Counted from the stretch's first letter, positions 28,440 to 39,569 are shown. The stretch: 61,942 nt of DNA from Promethearchaeota archaeon (GCA_008080735.1 SHMW01000013.1:15918-77859); one strand, 5' to 3'. Notes: a model not told the origin generated them from the letters alone. Numbers and translations: made by a program.

Positions 28440-30380
28440 CTATTTCTTACCTCCTTTTTTCTTTGCTGGCTCTAAATTTCCAATAACATAATCCAATCCT
28501 AAATCCTTCAAGGTTTCATCGGTCGGGATACCAGTCTCAGGGTCCCACCCTCGGGCTTCATAATATCCACTCAGTAATTTTTGATATCCTTTCTCTTCTA
28601 AAGTGACTCCTTTTGCAGGTCCTTTTGTATGCGCTTCTTTAAAGAATCGCTCTGGAGGATGATCATCATCGCGTGTCCATCCTTCGCGAATATTGAAGCA
28701 TTTGGACAAATTCAAGATAGCGGCTCCACGTTGCGCCATTGAAGTTCCATCATGCGGAATTCCAGTTACCAATTCATAAACCTTTGCCATCTCGTCGTCA
28801 TCTTCATAGACTCCACGGGTAAACTTGCAGATAATATAAGAGTCGATGACAGCATAAATATCTTCCACCTCAATAATCGCATTACCTCGCTCAATTGGCT
28901 TGTCATAGGCAAAGCGGTCAAATTTACCTTTTGCGTCTAGTCCATAGGCTCCATTTCGCAGATGGCAAGCACCTCGGATAGAAACACTCTCTCCGACCGC
29001 AAAGGAAGTCATCCCATGCAGATCAAAAGCAGGCATTTCTAATCCTTTAATATGCATTCCATAATAACCGGCATTCTTTCGACCCATTTCCTCTAAGCGC
29101 TTTCCAGCCATTAATGTACCATCACCAAAAATTTCTCCTGCGAATCCTTCGCCTCTGATCATCTCTTCGGTAAATCTAACTAAGTTTTTCGTGGATCCAA
29201 ATGGTAATTCGTACCCTAAATCATCCTTGGTGATAAGGCCCTCCTCATATAATTCACAAGCCATCGCGGAGGTGACTCCTCCTGAGATCGCATCAATCCC
29301 TAAATCATCACATAATGTAATACATTTAAATACCGTTGGCCAATCAGCACAGCCCGTTCCTGTTCCAAATCCATATAAAAGCTCGATATCGACACTTGCG
29401 ACAAGATTTGGATAATCTGGATGGCTTCGTGGTACTCGTGCTAAATGATCGCACGCAACAGAACATTGCGAGCAAGCAACCTTCTTTACAACCCATTCAT
29501 CGTTTAAAGTTTCTCCCGTAAATTCACCGTTTGTTATCTTGTCCCATGTTCCTTCTCTGTAATTGTAAGTGGGCATCATACCCAATTTATTATAGCTGGT
29601 TAACCCCGCTGGAGTTCCTAAATCTCGATATTTTGAAGTAGCGGGGCCATTAGCGACCTTTATAAGCTTTTTTGCTAATTGATAAAATTCTTTCGGTTTT
29701 GCGACGGCAATGGGTTTAGTTCCTCTAAACGCAACTGCCTTTAAGTTTTTGGAACCCATAACAGCTCCCATACCAGTTCTTCCTGCCTGCCTATTACGAT
29801 CGTTCGTGATACATGCCATATTGCTCATACGTTCTCCTGCGGGACCAATTGCCATAACAGCTAATCGATGATCTTGAAATTCTTCTCGAAGAATCTCTTC
29901 TGTATCCCAACATCCTTTCCCCCAAACTAAATCTTCACAGGGCATACAATATCTATCATCATCATCAACAACGAACACTGTTGGCTCGGGTGCTTTTCCC
30001 TTAAATACTATCATATTAACGCCGGCTCGTCTGGCTTGCGCACCTACCGAACCTGAAGAGATAGCCATTCCGAACATATTGGTTAAGGGTGATTTCGCGA
30101 ATACCCCATATTTGGAACTCGTAGGTAAAATTGTTCCCGGAAACGGACCAATAGACCATACAAATATATTATCGGGACCTAATGGATCTACTCCTGGTTC
30201 CAACTCATCCCATAATACTTTTGCCCCAAACCCATACCCTCCAATCCAATTAGCCACGAATTCATTGGACAATTTACTCTCCGTTACCTTCCCTGTGGTC
30301 AAATCAACGTCTAATCGAATCTGTGAATATCCTTCCACTTCCTCTGGAATAGTTACTTCTGTTTTTTTTGCTTCGGTCAT
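28440..30380 (-). CDS. aor: tungsten-containing aldehyde:ferredoxin oxidoreductase family protein
   Basis: KSPLT, AGRTGMGAVMGSKNLKA, CSQCSVAC, DDLGIDAIS, RGACH, YYEARGWD. Confidence 0.93.
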   Translation of the reverse strand: MTEAKKTEVTIPEEVEGYSQIRLDVDLTTGKVTESKLSNEFVANWIGGYGFGAKVLWDELEPGVDPLGPDNIFVWSIGPFPGTILPTSSKYGVFAKSPLTNMFGMAISSGSVGAQARRAGVNMIVFKGKAPEPTVFVVDDDDRYCMPCEDLVWGKGCWDTEEILREEFQDHRLAVMAIGPAGERMSNMACITNDRNRQAGRTGMGAVMGSKNLKAVAFRGTKPIAVAKPKEFYQLAKKLIKVANGPATSKYRDLGTPAGLTSYNKLGMMPTYNYREGTWDKITNGEFTGETLNDEWVVKKVACSQCSVACDHLARVPRSHPDYPNLVASVDIELLYGFGTGTGCADWPTVFKCITLCDDLGIDAISGGVTSAMACELYEEGLITKDDLGYELPFGSTKNLVRFTEEMIRGEGFAGEIFGDGTLMAGKRLEEMGRKNAGYYGMHIKGLEMPAFDLHGMTSFAVGESVSIRGACHLRNGAYGLDAKGKFDRFAYDKPIERGNAIIEVEDIYAVIDSYIICKFTRGVYEDDDEMAKVYELVTGIPHDGTSMAQRGAAILNLSKCFNIREGWTRDDDHPPERFFKEAHTKGPAKGVTLEEKGYQKLLSGYYEARGWDPETGIPTDETLKDLGLDYVIGNLEPAKKKGGKK

Positions 30381-30714
30381 ATTACTATATTCACATTTAT
30401 TTGTAGTTTATAGTATATTTAATTATAGAATATCTTCATTTTATATAAGAGAATAGGAATTTATTAGTTTATTTATTAACTGATATAACCTTCGTGCCTA
30501 TATAGTGCGTAATTCTTTTCTCTTATATCTGTTGAGTTATTATTACATTTTAATATATTTAAAGATATTAATTAAAATATTAGAATGATATTTAATATTG
30601 ATATATGGAGGAGCTGAGAGATCGTTATGTATGGTCATTCACTTCAGAATAATTATTCACGAACCCCTCTGAAAATGCTGAACATGGATTTAGCATACAT
30701 AGCTTACAAAAATA

Positions 30715-31524
30715 TCAAATCTTTTTTACTCCAACTATGAAATATAAACCTTTCTGACCGACATCACGTCCTTGATCGTGACTATCTGCCCAGTCCCATT
30801 CAACTTTCCATCCAGTTTGCGCAAAAAACTCGCAAATCTTATCTTTTTCAAGCCCCCATTTAAAATGTTTTGAGAAGGGACCTATTTGGATTTCTGCATA
30901 GATTGGAATACATAAATCCGTAAACAGTCTACTCCTATGAGCGCTGACCTCATTGATCTTTTTGAGAAGAGTACTCACTTTTGCTTTTTCCAGATAATAG
31001 ACTAAACCTTCCATGATCCAAAAGGTTGGAATGCCTTTTTGAAATCCATTTTTAAGGAGTATATCCATCCAATTCAGAGCGCTGAGATCTGCCGATATTC
31101 TTGTTAAAGGGCAAAATGACTTCTCATCTTTTAACAAATCATTCTTATAATTATTTATTGATGGGAGATCAACCTCAAAAACATGATGCTTTTTTTTCTT
31201 TAGAGGCTCAAAACGATAAGCTTTGGTGTCTAAACCCGCTCCTAGAAGTACGATTTGGGATTCATCCTCTTGGTGACACCACGGTTTTAATAGTTTTTCT
31301 TCAATGTAATGAGACCGCACTATACCATAATCCATTTTAGAATAACGTCCGTGAGTTCGGAAATAATCTGTTAAATCTCCCGCTAAATGTTCAGCATAGG
31401 GATCGATAAGCAAAGGATTTTCTGATTCTGATTCTTTAGCTCGATAATGTGCCATAAGTCTTGCGGTGAATGGAATTGCTTGTGTTTTATCATCAAGAGC
31501 CACATTATTAATATCTTCTCTCAT
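30715..31524 (-). CDS. SAM-dependent methyltransferase (leucine carboxyl methyltransferase-like)
   Basis: A.YRA.ES, DPYA, QIVLLGAGLDT.AYR, EVD.P, EGL.YYL. Confidence 0.88.
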   Translation of the reverse strand: MREDINNVALDDKTQAIPFTARLMAHYRAKESESENPLLIDPYAEHLAGDLTDYFRTHGRYSKMDYGIVRSHYIEEKLLKPWCHQEDESQIVLLGAGLDTKAYRFEPLKKKKHHVFEVDLPSINNYKNDLLKDEKSFCPLTRISADLSALNWMDILLKNGFQKGIPTFWIMEGLVYYLEKAKVSTLLKKINEVSAHRSRLFTDLCIPIYAEIQIGPFSKHFKWGLEKDKICEFFAQTGWKVEWDWADSHDQGRDVGQKGLYFIVGVKKI

Positions 31525-31634
31525 TAATAATCAACATTCCCAGTTAGATCCAATCTATCAAATTAAGAAAGAATTATCTTTTATGGAAAATATAAGAAAA
31601 CGAGTTTAAAAATTATGGTAAGAGTATTAAAAAA

Positions 31635-32744
31635 TCATTTTGCTTTTCTTGAAATCATTTTTTTAAAGATCTCCTTGCGCTTTTCCTTCCAAGCAGACTC
31701 CTCATCTCTGGGATGAATATATTGGTCAATATAATTTCCAGATAATAATGAATCGATCAATTTCTGTCCAGTGTTGTTCCTGGTGATAGTTACCGAATAT
31801 CCTTCAGGTGCACCCGTAGATCCGACACTGATATCCGAATAGCGTCCCGTGAAATCATCGCACAGTTTACAATGGGATCGAACAGCTGGATCCAAATCCT
31901 TAATACCGATCTCTATCATCTCATCATCCGTTTTTTGAATGTAAAAATTCTTCTTGATGAACGTTTTTTTCATCTCAGAAGGTTTAATCCCCTTGTTTTT
32001 CTCAATAGTTCCGTAAAGCGTGGAATAATCAAAATTTTCAAAACAGAATAGGCTAATAACATATTTAATTACGTGAGCTGGTTTAATACTGAGATATTGC
32101 ATCTTTCGTAAGGCTTTTACTTGACATGGTGTTCCTACAAAAGCGACTCGCATTTGATCGATGTCATAGATACCCTTCTCTTCTTGAATTTCCAGAGGAA
32201 TATTGTAGAGATCCTTCAAGGGTATAATTTGACTCGAGATAGAATATCTTGTGCCTGCTGATTTCAGAAGATCTTCCTTATCGAAAATCAATTTCGGTAT
32301 CGTGTGTAACTCTTCGTCATGTTCAGAGACTACAGCAGCATCAATTAGGTTTTTCTCAAATAAGTAATATAAAATTGTAGTGACGATACCTCCATCTTGC
32401 CCGACCTTTTCAATTGCCTCTTTTGTTGTTTTTGCAGCTATAATATCATTCACATGGCCCAATTCATCTTGAATATCTAAATCTTGAGCAATTAAGTCTT
32501 CCAATGTCCCGCTTTGAGGACAGATATAATAACATAGTCCGCATTCAGTGCAATTATCTTCATTTTCTTTAGATTTGAATTTAGGAGTATATCCGTCGAT
32601 TTCAATTACATCAAAACTCTGACTTTCGCAGTAGGCCACACATGCTCCGCATGCGCAACATAAACGCTCTTGAATTACTTTTTTTTCTAAGTCTTTAAAG
32701 GTTTTGACGTCATCTTTTTCCTTTTTACTTATTGATTCTGTCAT
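31635..32744 (-). CDS. coenzyme F420 hydrogenase/dehydrogenase beta-subunit (FrhB-like)
   Basis: CCACGACVAYC, QDGGIVT, AGTRY, VGTPCQ, LFCFENF, C..CDDF...SDISVG. Confidence 0.88.
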   Translation of the reverse strand: MTESISKKEKDDVKTFKDLEKKVIQERLCCACGACVAYCESQSFDVIEIDGYTPKFKSKENEDNCTECGLCYYICPQSGTLEDLIAQDLDIQDELGHVNDIIAAKTTKEAIEKVGQDGGIVTTILYYLFEKNLIDAAVVSEHDEELHTIPKLIFDKEDLLKSAGTRYSISSQIIPLKDLYNIPLEIQEEKGIYDIDQMRVAFVGTPCQVKALRKMQYLSIKPAHVIKYVISLFCFENFDYSTLYGTIEKNKGIKPSEMKKTFIKKNFYIQKTDDEMIEIGIKDLDPAVRSHCKLCDDFTGRYSDISVGSTGAPEGYSVTITRNNTGQKLIDSLLSGNYIDQYIHPRDEESAWKEKRKEIFKKMISRKAK

Positions 32745-32755
32745 TTTTTCACCCT

Positions 32756-33220
32756 TTATTCTTGTTTAACTTGTATTTCGCCTAATTTTTTTGGAAATGG
32801 CGATGGTCCTAAGCTTAAGATGGTATCATTAAATTCACGGATTAATTCAGCAAATTGTTTTCCCTCACTTGCCGATATCCATTCCAAACGAAATCGGGTG
32901 GGTTCGATTCCAATTTTTTTCAATAAGGTTTTCATATGTTCCATGCGTTCTCTAGTTAATTCATTCCCGCTAATATAATGACAATCGCCGATATGACATC
33001 CCGTTACTAATACTCCATCTATTCCGCTTTTGAATGCGTCAAGAATAAATGACGGTTCTACTCTTCCGGAACACATCACTCGAACAATCCGCACACTCGG
33101 GGGATATTGGAAACGAGAAACTCCTGCCAAGTCAGCCCCCGCGTAACTACACCAATTACAACAGAAGACTAATATTTCAGGATTAAATTCCTCGTTCTTT
33201 TTTAATTTAGTTTCAGTCAT
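32756..33220 (-). CDS. mvhD: MvhD [2Fe-2S] subunit (cysteine form)
   Basis: FCCNWCSYAGADLAG, VMCSGRV, GCHIGDCHY, WISASEG. Confidence 0.95.
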   Translation of the reverse strand: MTETKLKKNEEFNPEILVFCCNWCSYAGADLAGVSRFQYPPSVRIVRVMCSGRVEPSFILDAFKSGIDGVLVTGCHIGDCHYISGNELTRERMEHMKTLLKKIGIEPTRFRLEWISASEGKQFAELIREFNDTILSLGPSPFPKKLGEIQVKQE

Positions 33221-33227
33221 TCTCTTT

Positions 33228-36200
33228 TCACTTTTCTGGCATTTTACATGATTCTAGATTAATACCGGGCAACAACTCAATTTGTTTTTTAATTTGGAAT
33301 TTGCTGAAATGCCTCTGATTAATTGCGCCTAATGGACATTCTGCCGCACATGCCCCGCATCCTTTACAGACCGCGCTAATAATATGGGCCTTTTTTTCAG
33401 AAATCTCATAAAGACCGACCTTTTTACTTATTTCTTTCATTTCAATTGCATTATAGGGACATATTTCAGCACAGACCCCACACCCTATACATTTAGATTC
33501 ATTAACATAAGAAGTGATTCCTTCTGTTTCTACTTCTCCTTTAACCATTAATGAGGCCGCCCTTCCCGCTGCAGCATACGCTTGTGTAATTGCTTCATCA
33601 ATTCCTTTCGGCCAATGCGCATCTCCGCATAAAAAAATTCCATCTGTAGCAAAATCTACTGGTCGAAGTTTTACATGCGCCTCCAAAAAGAATCCATCCT
33701 TAGTGGTTGGGACTTTAAGCATCTTTGCTAACTCTCCAGTTCCTTTGCTAGGGATTTCAGGAGTAGCAAGAATTAACAAATCAGAATCATATTCAACATT
33801 ACAATTCGCACCAAGATTTCGGTAATCGACATTAAATGCCCCATTGCTAAGTGATAATTTGATATCCTTTATGGATTGATATCTTTCAAATGAAACTCTT
33901 TTCCTTAATTCACGCCATAAACCTTCTGCGTTTAGGTCTGAGAATTGTAATTCTCTATATAATACATGGATATTAGCTTCTGGATTAATTGAAAGCAATT
34001 TTTCTATATTTTTCAAAGCCACCTTACAACAAATATTGCTACAATATGTTTTAATTGCTTCTTCACTATTGAATTCATTTCTCCTTTGATCAACGCATAA
34101 TATTATTGTTGCATCATCAAAGCTGGGCAAATCCGCATTTTTAGTGGTTTCTAATTCATTTTGAGTCAATATTCTATCTGGATATTTTTGAATTACTTCT
34201 TTCCACCTATCTGTTTCAGATTGCTTTGTACCCGTTGCTACAACAATCGTTCCAACTGTAAACTCCTTTATGTCAGAATTATTTTGATTGTTATTTGTTT
34301 TCACTTTATAATTTCCAACATATCCATTTACATCAACGATGTTTGTGTTAGTAAAGATTTGAACATTAGGCTTATTTTTTAATTCTTCAATCAATTCTAT
34401 AATTTCATTTTTGGTAATCTCGAGATCATACAAATCAATAAAATCTAGGGATTTTCCTCCTAACTGTGAGCTTTGCTCCACGAGATACACATTAAATCCT
34501 TGATTTGATAAATTGTGCGCTGTATAGATTCCCGCAACACCTCCCCCAATAATAAGGCTTGATTTTTCTACTTTCACTTTAATTTTCTCAAGAGGATTAA
34601 GATTTACTACTTTTCCAAGGTACATTCTAATTAGGTCACAAGCCTTTTTAGTCGCTTTTTCTGGTTGATCTTGATGAACCCAGGAATTCTGGTCCCGAAT
34701 GTTTACTAATTCAAATAAAAATGGATTCAATCCCGCTTCCCTGAGGGTATTTCTAAACAAGGGTTCATGTGTTCGAGGAGTACAAGATGCTACAATAAAC
34801 CTATTTAGTTTGTACTCCTCTATCATTTCCTTTATTCTCTCTTGAGAATCCGAGCTACAAGAATACATATTTTCTTCAGCGTGAACGACATAGGGTAAGT
34901 TGGCAACATAATTCACCACGGCAGTGGTATCCACAATGCCTCCAATATTAATACCACACTGACAAATTAGAACTCCCACTCTAGGTTCGTCCTCTACACC
35001 GACGGGAATTTCTGGGGGATAAACTACTTCTTTTATATTATTAAATCTAACGGGATGTAATTTTTCACTTATCTTAGCAGCGCAAGCTGTTCCCTCAGCT
35101 ACTGAGACAGGGATATCTTTAGGATTTTTGGCATATCCCGCAAAGAAAATGTTTCTATCCTCACATTTTGAAAGAAAATCTTCGCGTATAAAACCATATT
35201 CATTATAATCAACATTCAACCATTTTAGTAAATCATAATATGATTTATTGGGAAAGAGGGCGCTTGCTAATACGACCATGTCATAATCATCATTCTCTAC
35301 TATACCTCTTTCAATATCTTCATAAAATAACGTTAATTTACCATTCTCTGGATTTTTTTTAACGATAGAAGCTGTACCATTTACATATTCCACTCCGTAT
35401 TCTTCCTTGCTCTTAACGATAAATTCATAAAAATTTTTGCCTTTAGCACGTAATTCTGTGTTAAAAATAACACATTCGGTATCTGGAGCATGTTCTTTAG
35501 TAACAATTGCTTGTTTTGCAGCTGCCATACAGCAAATAGATGAGCAATATTTTTTACATTCTGGATGATGAAAGTCTCGTGAACCAATACATTGAAGAAA
35601 CGCAATCTTATGAGGATGTTTTTTATCATCTAATCGGATTAATTCACCCCCAGTTGGACCATTAGCTGAGAGAAGGCGCTCGAATTGCATGCTTGATACT
35701 ACATTTACAGATTCACCCGCTAATGTTTCATAAACATCAGGCATTTGCTGTTCCCAACCCGTCGCAATGACAATAGCCCCTACATTGATGCTTTTAAATT
35801 CTTTTTTTTGAGAAAAATTAATAGCATCGGCACTACACATTTGCTCACATAATCCACAAATGCCATAATTTAATTTTAGACATTTTGTCTCATCAATCAA
35901 ATAGACTGGTGGAACTGCAGAAGGAAAGGATATATGGGCTGCGGCATGCGATTTTAAATTATAGTCAAATGCATGAGGTAAACCTTGCACAGGACAAACC
36001 GCCGCACAATCTCCGCAACCTTTGCAGATATCTTCGTTGACATACCGTGGTTTTTTTTCCACCGTAATGCTATAATTTCCAGTCTCTCCTTCAATTTTTC
36101 TCACTTCAGAATAAGTCAATAATTCAATATTGGGATTTCTATATACTTCAACCATTTTGGGGGCAAGAATACATAGACTACAATCCAACGTGGGAAAGGT

Positions 36201-36350
36201 TTTATCTAATTGTGCCATCGCACCACCAATGGTTGATTTCTTTTCTACTAAATAAACTTTAAATCCTAATTCAGTTAAATCTAAACTAGTTTGTATTCCC
36301 GCGATACCGCCTCCTATCACAAGCACGCTACTCGATAAATTTTCACTCAT
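33228..36350 (-). CDS. hdrA: large HdrA-like flavo-Fe-S protein (cysteine form, two FAD modules)
   Basis: GGGIAG..DKTFPTLDCSLCILAPKM; internal RVGVLICQCGINIGG and ASCTPRTHE; second GGGVAG; FLEAHVKLRPVDF; C-terminal ferredoxin. Confidence 0.92.
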   Translation of the reverse strand: MSENLSSSVLVIGGGIAGIQTSLDLTELGFKVYLVEKKSTIGGAMAQLDKTFPTLDCSLCILAPKMVEVYRNPNIELLTYSEVRKIEGETGNYSITVEKKPRYVNEDICKGCGDCAAVCPVQGLPHAFDYNLKSHAAAHISFPSAVPPVYLIDETKCLKLNYGICGLCEQMCSADAINFSQKKEFKSINVGAIVIATGWEQQMPDVYETLAGESVNVVSSMQFERLLSANGPTGGELIRLDDKKHPHKIAFLQCIGSRDFHHPECKKYCSSICCMAAAKQAIVTKEHAPDTECVIFNTELRAKGKNFYEFIVKSKEEYGVEYVNGTASIVKKNPENGKLTLFYEDIERGIVENDDYDMVVLASALFPNKSYYDLLKWLNVDYNEYGFIREDFLSKCEDRNIFFAGYAKNPKDIPVSVAEGTACAAKISEKLHPVRFNNIKEVVYPPEIPVGVEDEPRVGVLICQCGINIGGIVDTTAVVNYVANLPYVVHAEENMYSCSSDSQERIKEMIEEYKLNRFIVASCTPRTHEPLFRNTLREAGLNPFLFELVNIRDQNSWVHQDQPEKATKKACDLIRMYLGKVVNLNPLEKIKVKVEKSSLIIGGGVAGIYTAHNLSNQGFNVYLVEQSSQLGGKSLDFIDLYDLEITKNEIIELIEELKNKPNVQIFTNTNIVDVNGYVGNYKVKTNNNQNNSDIKEFTVGTIVVATGTKQSETDRWKEVIQKYPDRILTQNELETTKNADLPSFDDATIILCVDQRRNEFNSEEAIKTYCSNICCKVALKNIEKLLSINPEANIHVLYRELQFSDLNAEGLWRELRKRVSFERYQSIKDIKLSLSNGAFNVDYRNLGANCNVEYDSDLLILATPEIPSKGTGELAKMLKVPTTKDGFFLEAHVKLRPVDFATDGIFLCGDAHWPKGIDEAITQAYAAAGRAASLMVKGEVETEGITSYVNESKCIGCGVCAEICPYNAIEMKEISKKVGLYEISEKKAHIISAVCKGCGACAAECPLGAINQRHFSKFQIKKQIELLPGINLESCKMPEK

Positions 36351-36582
36351 AGTATTCTAATCAGCTTTAAAATTAAATGAAGGTTATAATCTCTAGTTAG
36401 TTATTAGAATCTATTTTGAATTTTTAATATAACTATTTAGTTTTAAAATTACTCTCCCAATATCAGTGATTTTTTAAAGATTAAACCCAATATTTTTCAT
36501 TAATACTTTTCAAAACAAAGATTCAAAAACTCGTTCTTTTATTAAAATAATATAAAAAACAAATTAATAGAAGGGTAAAAAA

Positions 36583-37251
36583 ATGTCTTCTTCAATTCAA
36601 AGGAGATTCTATTCTCAAGATAATGAATTATTATGTACTCTCGATTATTTCAATTTTTCAGATGTGAGGATTACTTTCAATAATCCAGAGATCCTCCAAA
36701 TTTCAGATAAATCCGATTCATATAGAACAATATTTTTAGAAGAAATAAATAATAATTTGGCCTCTAAAAACGAATATTTGGAAATTAAGCTAAATTTTTA
36801 TGAAGACACAGATTTTATCGAATTTATACTTCTCTCCAATCTCCAATCAATTGAAGAATACAATTACATTACCAATAAAGTAATGGATCTCCTCTCAAAT
36901 ATCAGGGAATCAGTTATAACTTCCAAAATTGAGAGAAAATTTTATTCTAGTGATGACCAACTTTTATGTATTGTTAATTTTTTGGATTTCAATCGTGTGA
37001 ATATAACTTTTGTAAACCCTGACAAATTCGAAGTAGAAAAAAGTTCTGAGGTCTTCAGGAACACTTTTGATGAGAAAACTATCTCGGAGCTAAAAGATAA
37101 TAATCCAAAAATAAAGGTCCATTACCATCATTATGAGGATTCTGATATCATTGAATCGATAGATATCTTGAATGTTGACCATATTTCTGATTATAACTAT
37201 ATTTGTGAAAAAATCATGGAATTATTATCCGAAAAAGCTAAAATACAATAA
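36583..37251 (+). CDS. hypothetical protein made of two tandem ~110-aa domains
   Basis: IQRRFYSQDNELLC..RITFNNPE repeated as IERKFYSSDDQLLC..NITFVNPD. Confidence 0.8.
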   Translation: MSSSIQRRFYSQDNELLCTLDYFNFSDVRITFNNPEILQISDKSDSYRTIFLEEINNNLASKNEYLEIKLNFYEDTDFIEFILLSNLQSIEEYNYITNKVMDLLSNIRESVITSKIERKFYSSDDQLLCIVNFLDFNRVNITFVNPDKFEVEKSSEVFRNTFDEKTISELKDNNPKIKVHYHHYEDSDIIESIDILNVDHISDYNYICEKIMELLSEKAKIQ

Positions 37252-37722
37252 TAACTCTCTGAGCTCAATAACTAATAATTTTTACTAAGCCTTTTTTGAA
37301 TTTATTTATCTGATTTTTAACCCTAAAGACTCAATTAGCTTCAAAACTGATTTTATACCCAGAATATGGAGAATAAAATAGAATAATTTATTATGCTAGT
37401 ATCAATACATTTATGGATTTCGATGGAAATATAATTAGAAAGATGATCGATTGGACTCTAAATACAAGTAGATGTAGTAATTGCGAGATTACTATAGGTT
37501 TATCACGAGTTATACTAATAAATGCTCGAAATGCTATGTTTTCTCTCAATCCAACAAACAGTCAAGAGCATAAAGAAAACAAACTAAAAAAGTACGGACT
37601 TGTGTTTCATAATGGAAAAATCTTTCTGGATTTGTTTCAGTAATTAACACAGCTAAAAATGAACTCGAAAAGGATTTTTTCTTTAGAGTACTACAATCAA
37701 TTGTTAACTTAAATTATAAAAG

Positions 37723-38478
37723 TTGATAAAAATGGAATTTTGGAAATATTACGATGTGACGCACAAGGAGCATCTTATCTGCAATCCTACCAGCGAAAAA
37801 AAATTGGATATGCTAATTGATCTTATGAAATTAGAACCGGGCTCGAAAGTATTAGAAATTGCCACCGGTAAAGGTGAATTCCTGATTCGGCTTGTCGAAA
37901 AGTATAATGTGTCCGCAATAGGTGTTGATCTTTCACCATACCATCTCGGTGATGCTAAAACAAAAGTGAAAGAGCGTGTTCCGAATGCCGATTTACAACT
38001 GATTGAAATGGATGGTGCCGATTATAAGCCCGATTCCCCAGACAGCTTCGACCTCACATGCTGTCTAGGTGCCAGTTGGATTTATAACGGACATGAGGGT
38101 ACGCTTGAATATTTAATGAGTAATACCAAAAGTAAAGGTCTCATCGTAGTGGGAGAACCTTTTTGGATCTCTAAGCCCCCAAAAGAATATTTTAACCTTT
38201 CGGAAGTTAAATATGAAAGCTACAGTACGCATTTTGGGAATGTACAAATTGGAGAAAATCTCGGTCTAAATCTACTTTACACCTTCGTGAGTAACCCTGA
38301 CGAATGGGATAGATATCTCGGGCTTCAATGGTACGCAACAGATAAATATGTCCAAACAAATCCGGACGATCCCGATATTCCCGAACTTTTAACCAAATTA
38401 AATAAAGAAAAATATCTATATCTAACCTGGGAGCGAGACACGTTGGGATGGGCAATATATGTGTTTAGAAAAACCTAA
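37723..38478 (+). CDS. class I SAM-dependent methyltransferase
   Basis: VLEIATGKGE, GVDLS, CLGASWI, VGEPFW; likely start at the ATG 37732. Confidence 0.9.
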   Translation: MIKMEFWKYYDVTHKEHLICNPTSEKKLDMLIDLMKLEPGSKVLEIATGKGEFLIRLVEKYNVSAIGVDLSPYHLGDAKTKVKERVPNADLQLIEMDGADYKPDSPDSFDLTCCLGASWIYNGHEGTLEYLMSNTKSKGLIVVGEPFWISKPPKEYFNLSEVKYESYSTHFGNVQIGENLGLNLLYTFVSNPDEWDRYLGLQWYATDKYVQTNPDDPDIPELLTKLNKEKYLYLTWERDTLGWAIYVFRKT

Positions 38479-38752
38479 GTAGTTTCATTTTGAAACGTAT
38501 AAAAAATTAACTCTTCTTATTTTTCTCTTTCGAAATTTTTTCATCAGCCAAGTGATTGTATTAAATTTAATTATAGACAATTATAGGTTCAATTTAAGAA
38601 AGAAAAACTGATAAATGAGAACATTTTCTCAGCGTTCATCGATGATTTTCTTAATGATAAATATCTGAGAAATCATTAAAATTAATTAAAAAAATGCCTA
38701 AGAATGCATAGATTAAAGGAAAATTATATAGCAAAAAATCTTTTTATAAAAT

Positions 38753-38977
38753 ATGGATTTTAATTATGATAAAGTTGCGAATGCACTTTATTTTCGTTTA
38801 ACTTATCAAGAGATCTACACTACGGAAGAAATTTCTGAGGATATATTGGTAGATTATGATAATAAGGGAAAAATAGTTGGAATTGAGATTCTCAATTTTA
38901 CTCAAAAAAACCTTAATCTTAATAATCTAATATTGATGAATGAGGATGAAATCGTATCTAACTTAGTAAAATGCTAA
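38753..38977 (+). CDS. DUF2283-family protein (putative antitoxin)
   Basis: YD..ANALY.RL, D.D..GKIVGIEIL. Confidence 0.88.
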   Translation: MDFNYDKVANALYFRLTYQEIYTTEEISEDILVDYDNKGKIVGIEILNFTQKNLNLNNLILMNEDEIVSNLVKC

Positions 38978-39211
38978 TTAAATTCACAAAACATGCTTTA
39001 GAGAGATTAAATAGTAGAAATATATCGAAAAAACTAGTTATCGAGATTCTGGATAATTATGACTCTCTACAGAAAGATACTTATGGAAATTTTGTAGTAA
39101 AGAAAAAAGGGGGCATTATTGTATCCTGTATTCTACTCTATAAAGAATGAATAAAAAATTGTTATTATAGACTATAAAACATTTAAGGTTGATAAATATA
39201 AGACAAAATGA
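38971..39211 (+). pseudogene. degraded DUF4258 (RelE-like toxin) gene
   Basis: MLIKFTKHALERL..RNIS N-terminus ends at TGA 39148-39150. The expected C-terminus (VFYSIKNE*KIVIIDYKTFKVDKY) is in another frame with an internal TAA. Confidence 0.7.
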
Positions 39212-39569
39212 AATCTACAATTAGTTCCTCCTTTTTAAGCCATCAATTCATAACCATTCTCCATCTTTTCAATTGTTAAATAGTTTTCATTCCACATTTA
39301 ATGTGATCAAATCAGGGAGAGAATTACCTTTTCAAGAAAAATTATATGAAAATGAACACCATTCGTCTTTATCTATTTTTAAATTGTATTTAAGCTTGTC
39401 AAATTAAGTGAGACGAGGTCCAATTTTAGATTTGAATCTTCTTTTTTATATTGATTTTTATTTAACATAATAAATCAGTCAAATTCATTTCCGATGAATG
39501 ATTATTAATTTTACGGTATAAGAATCAAATTTAAGTTAAAAGCTCAACACTTTCATTTAGTAATAAGAG

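Noticed and set aside
33221-33230. TGA stop of the Cys-type hdrA as possible Sec read-through into mvhD
   Set aside because: mvhD is in a different frame, read-through meets another TGA four codons later, and the site is not a conserved Cys.
37413-37643. 76-aa ORF with CSNC
   Set aside because: No recognisable family or RBS; it could be chance or a remnant.
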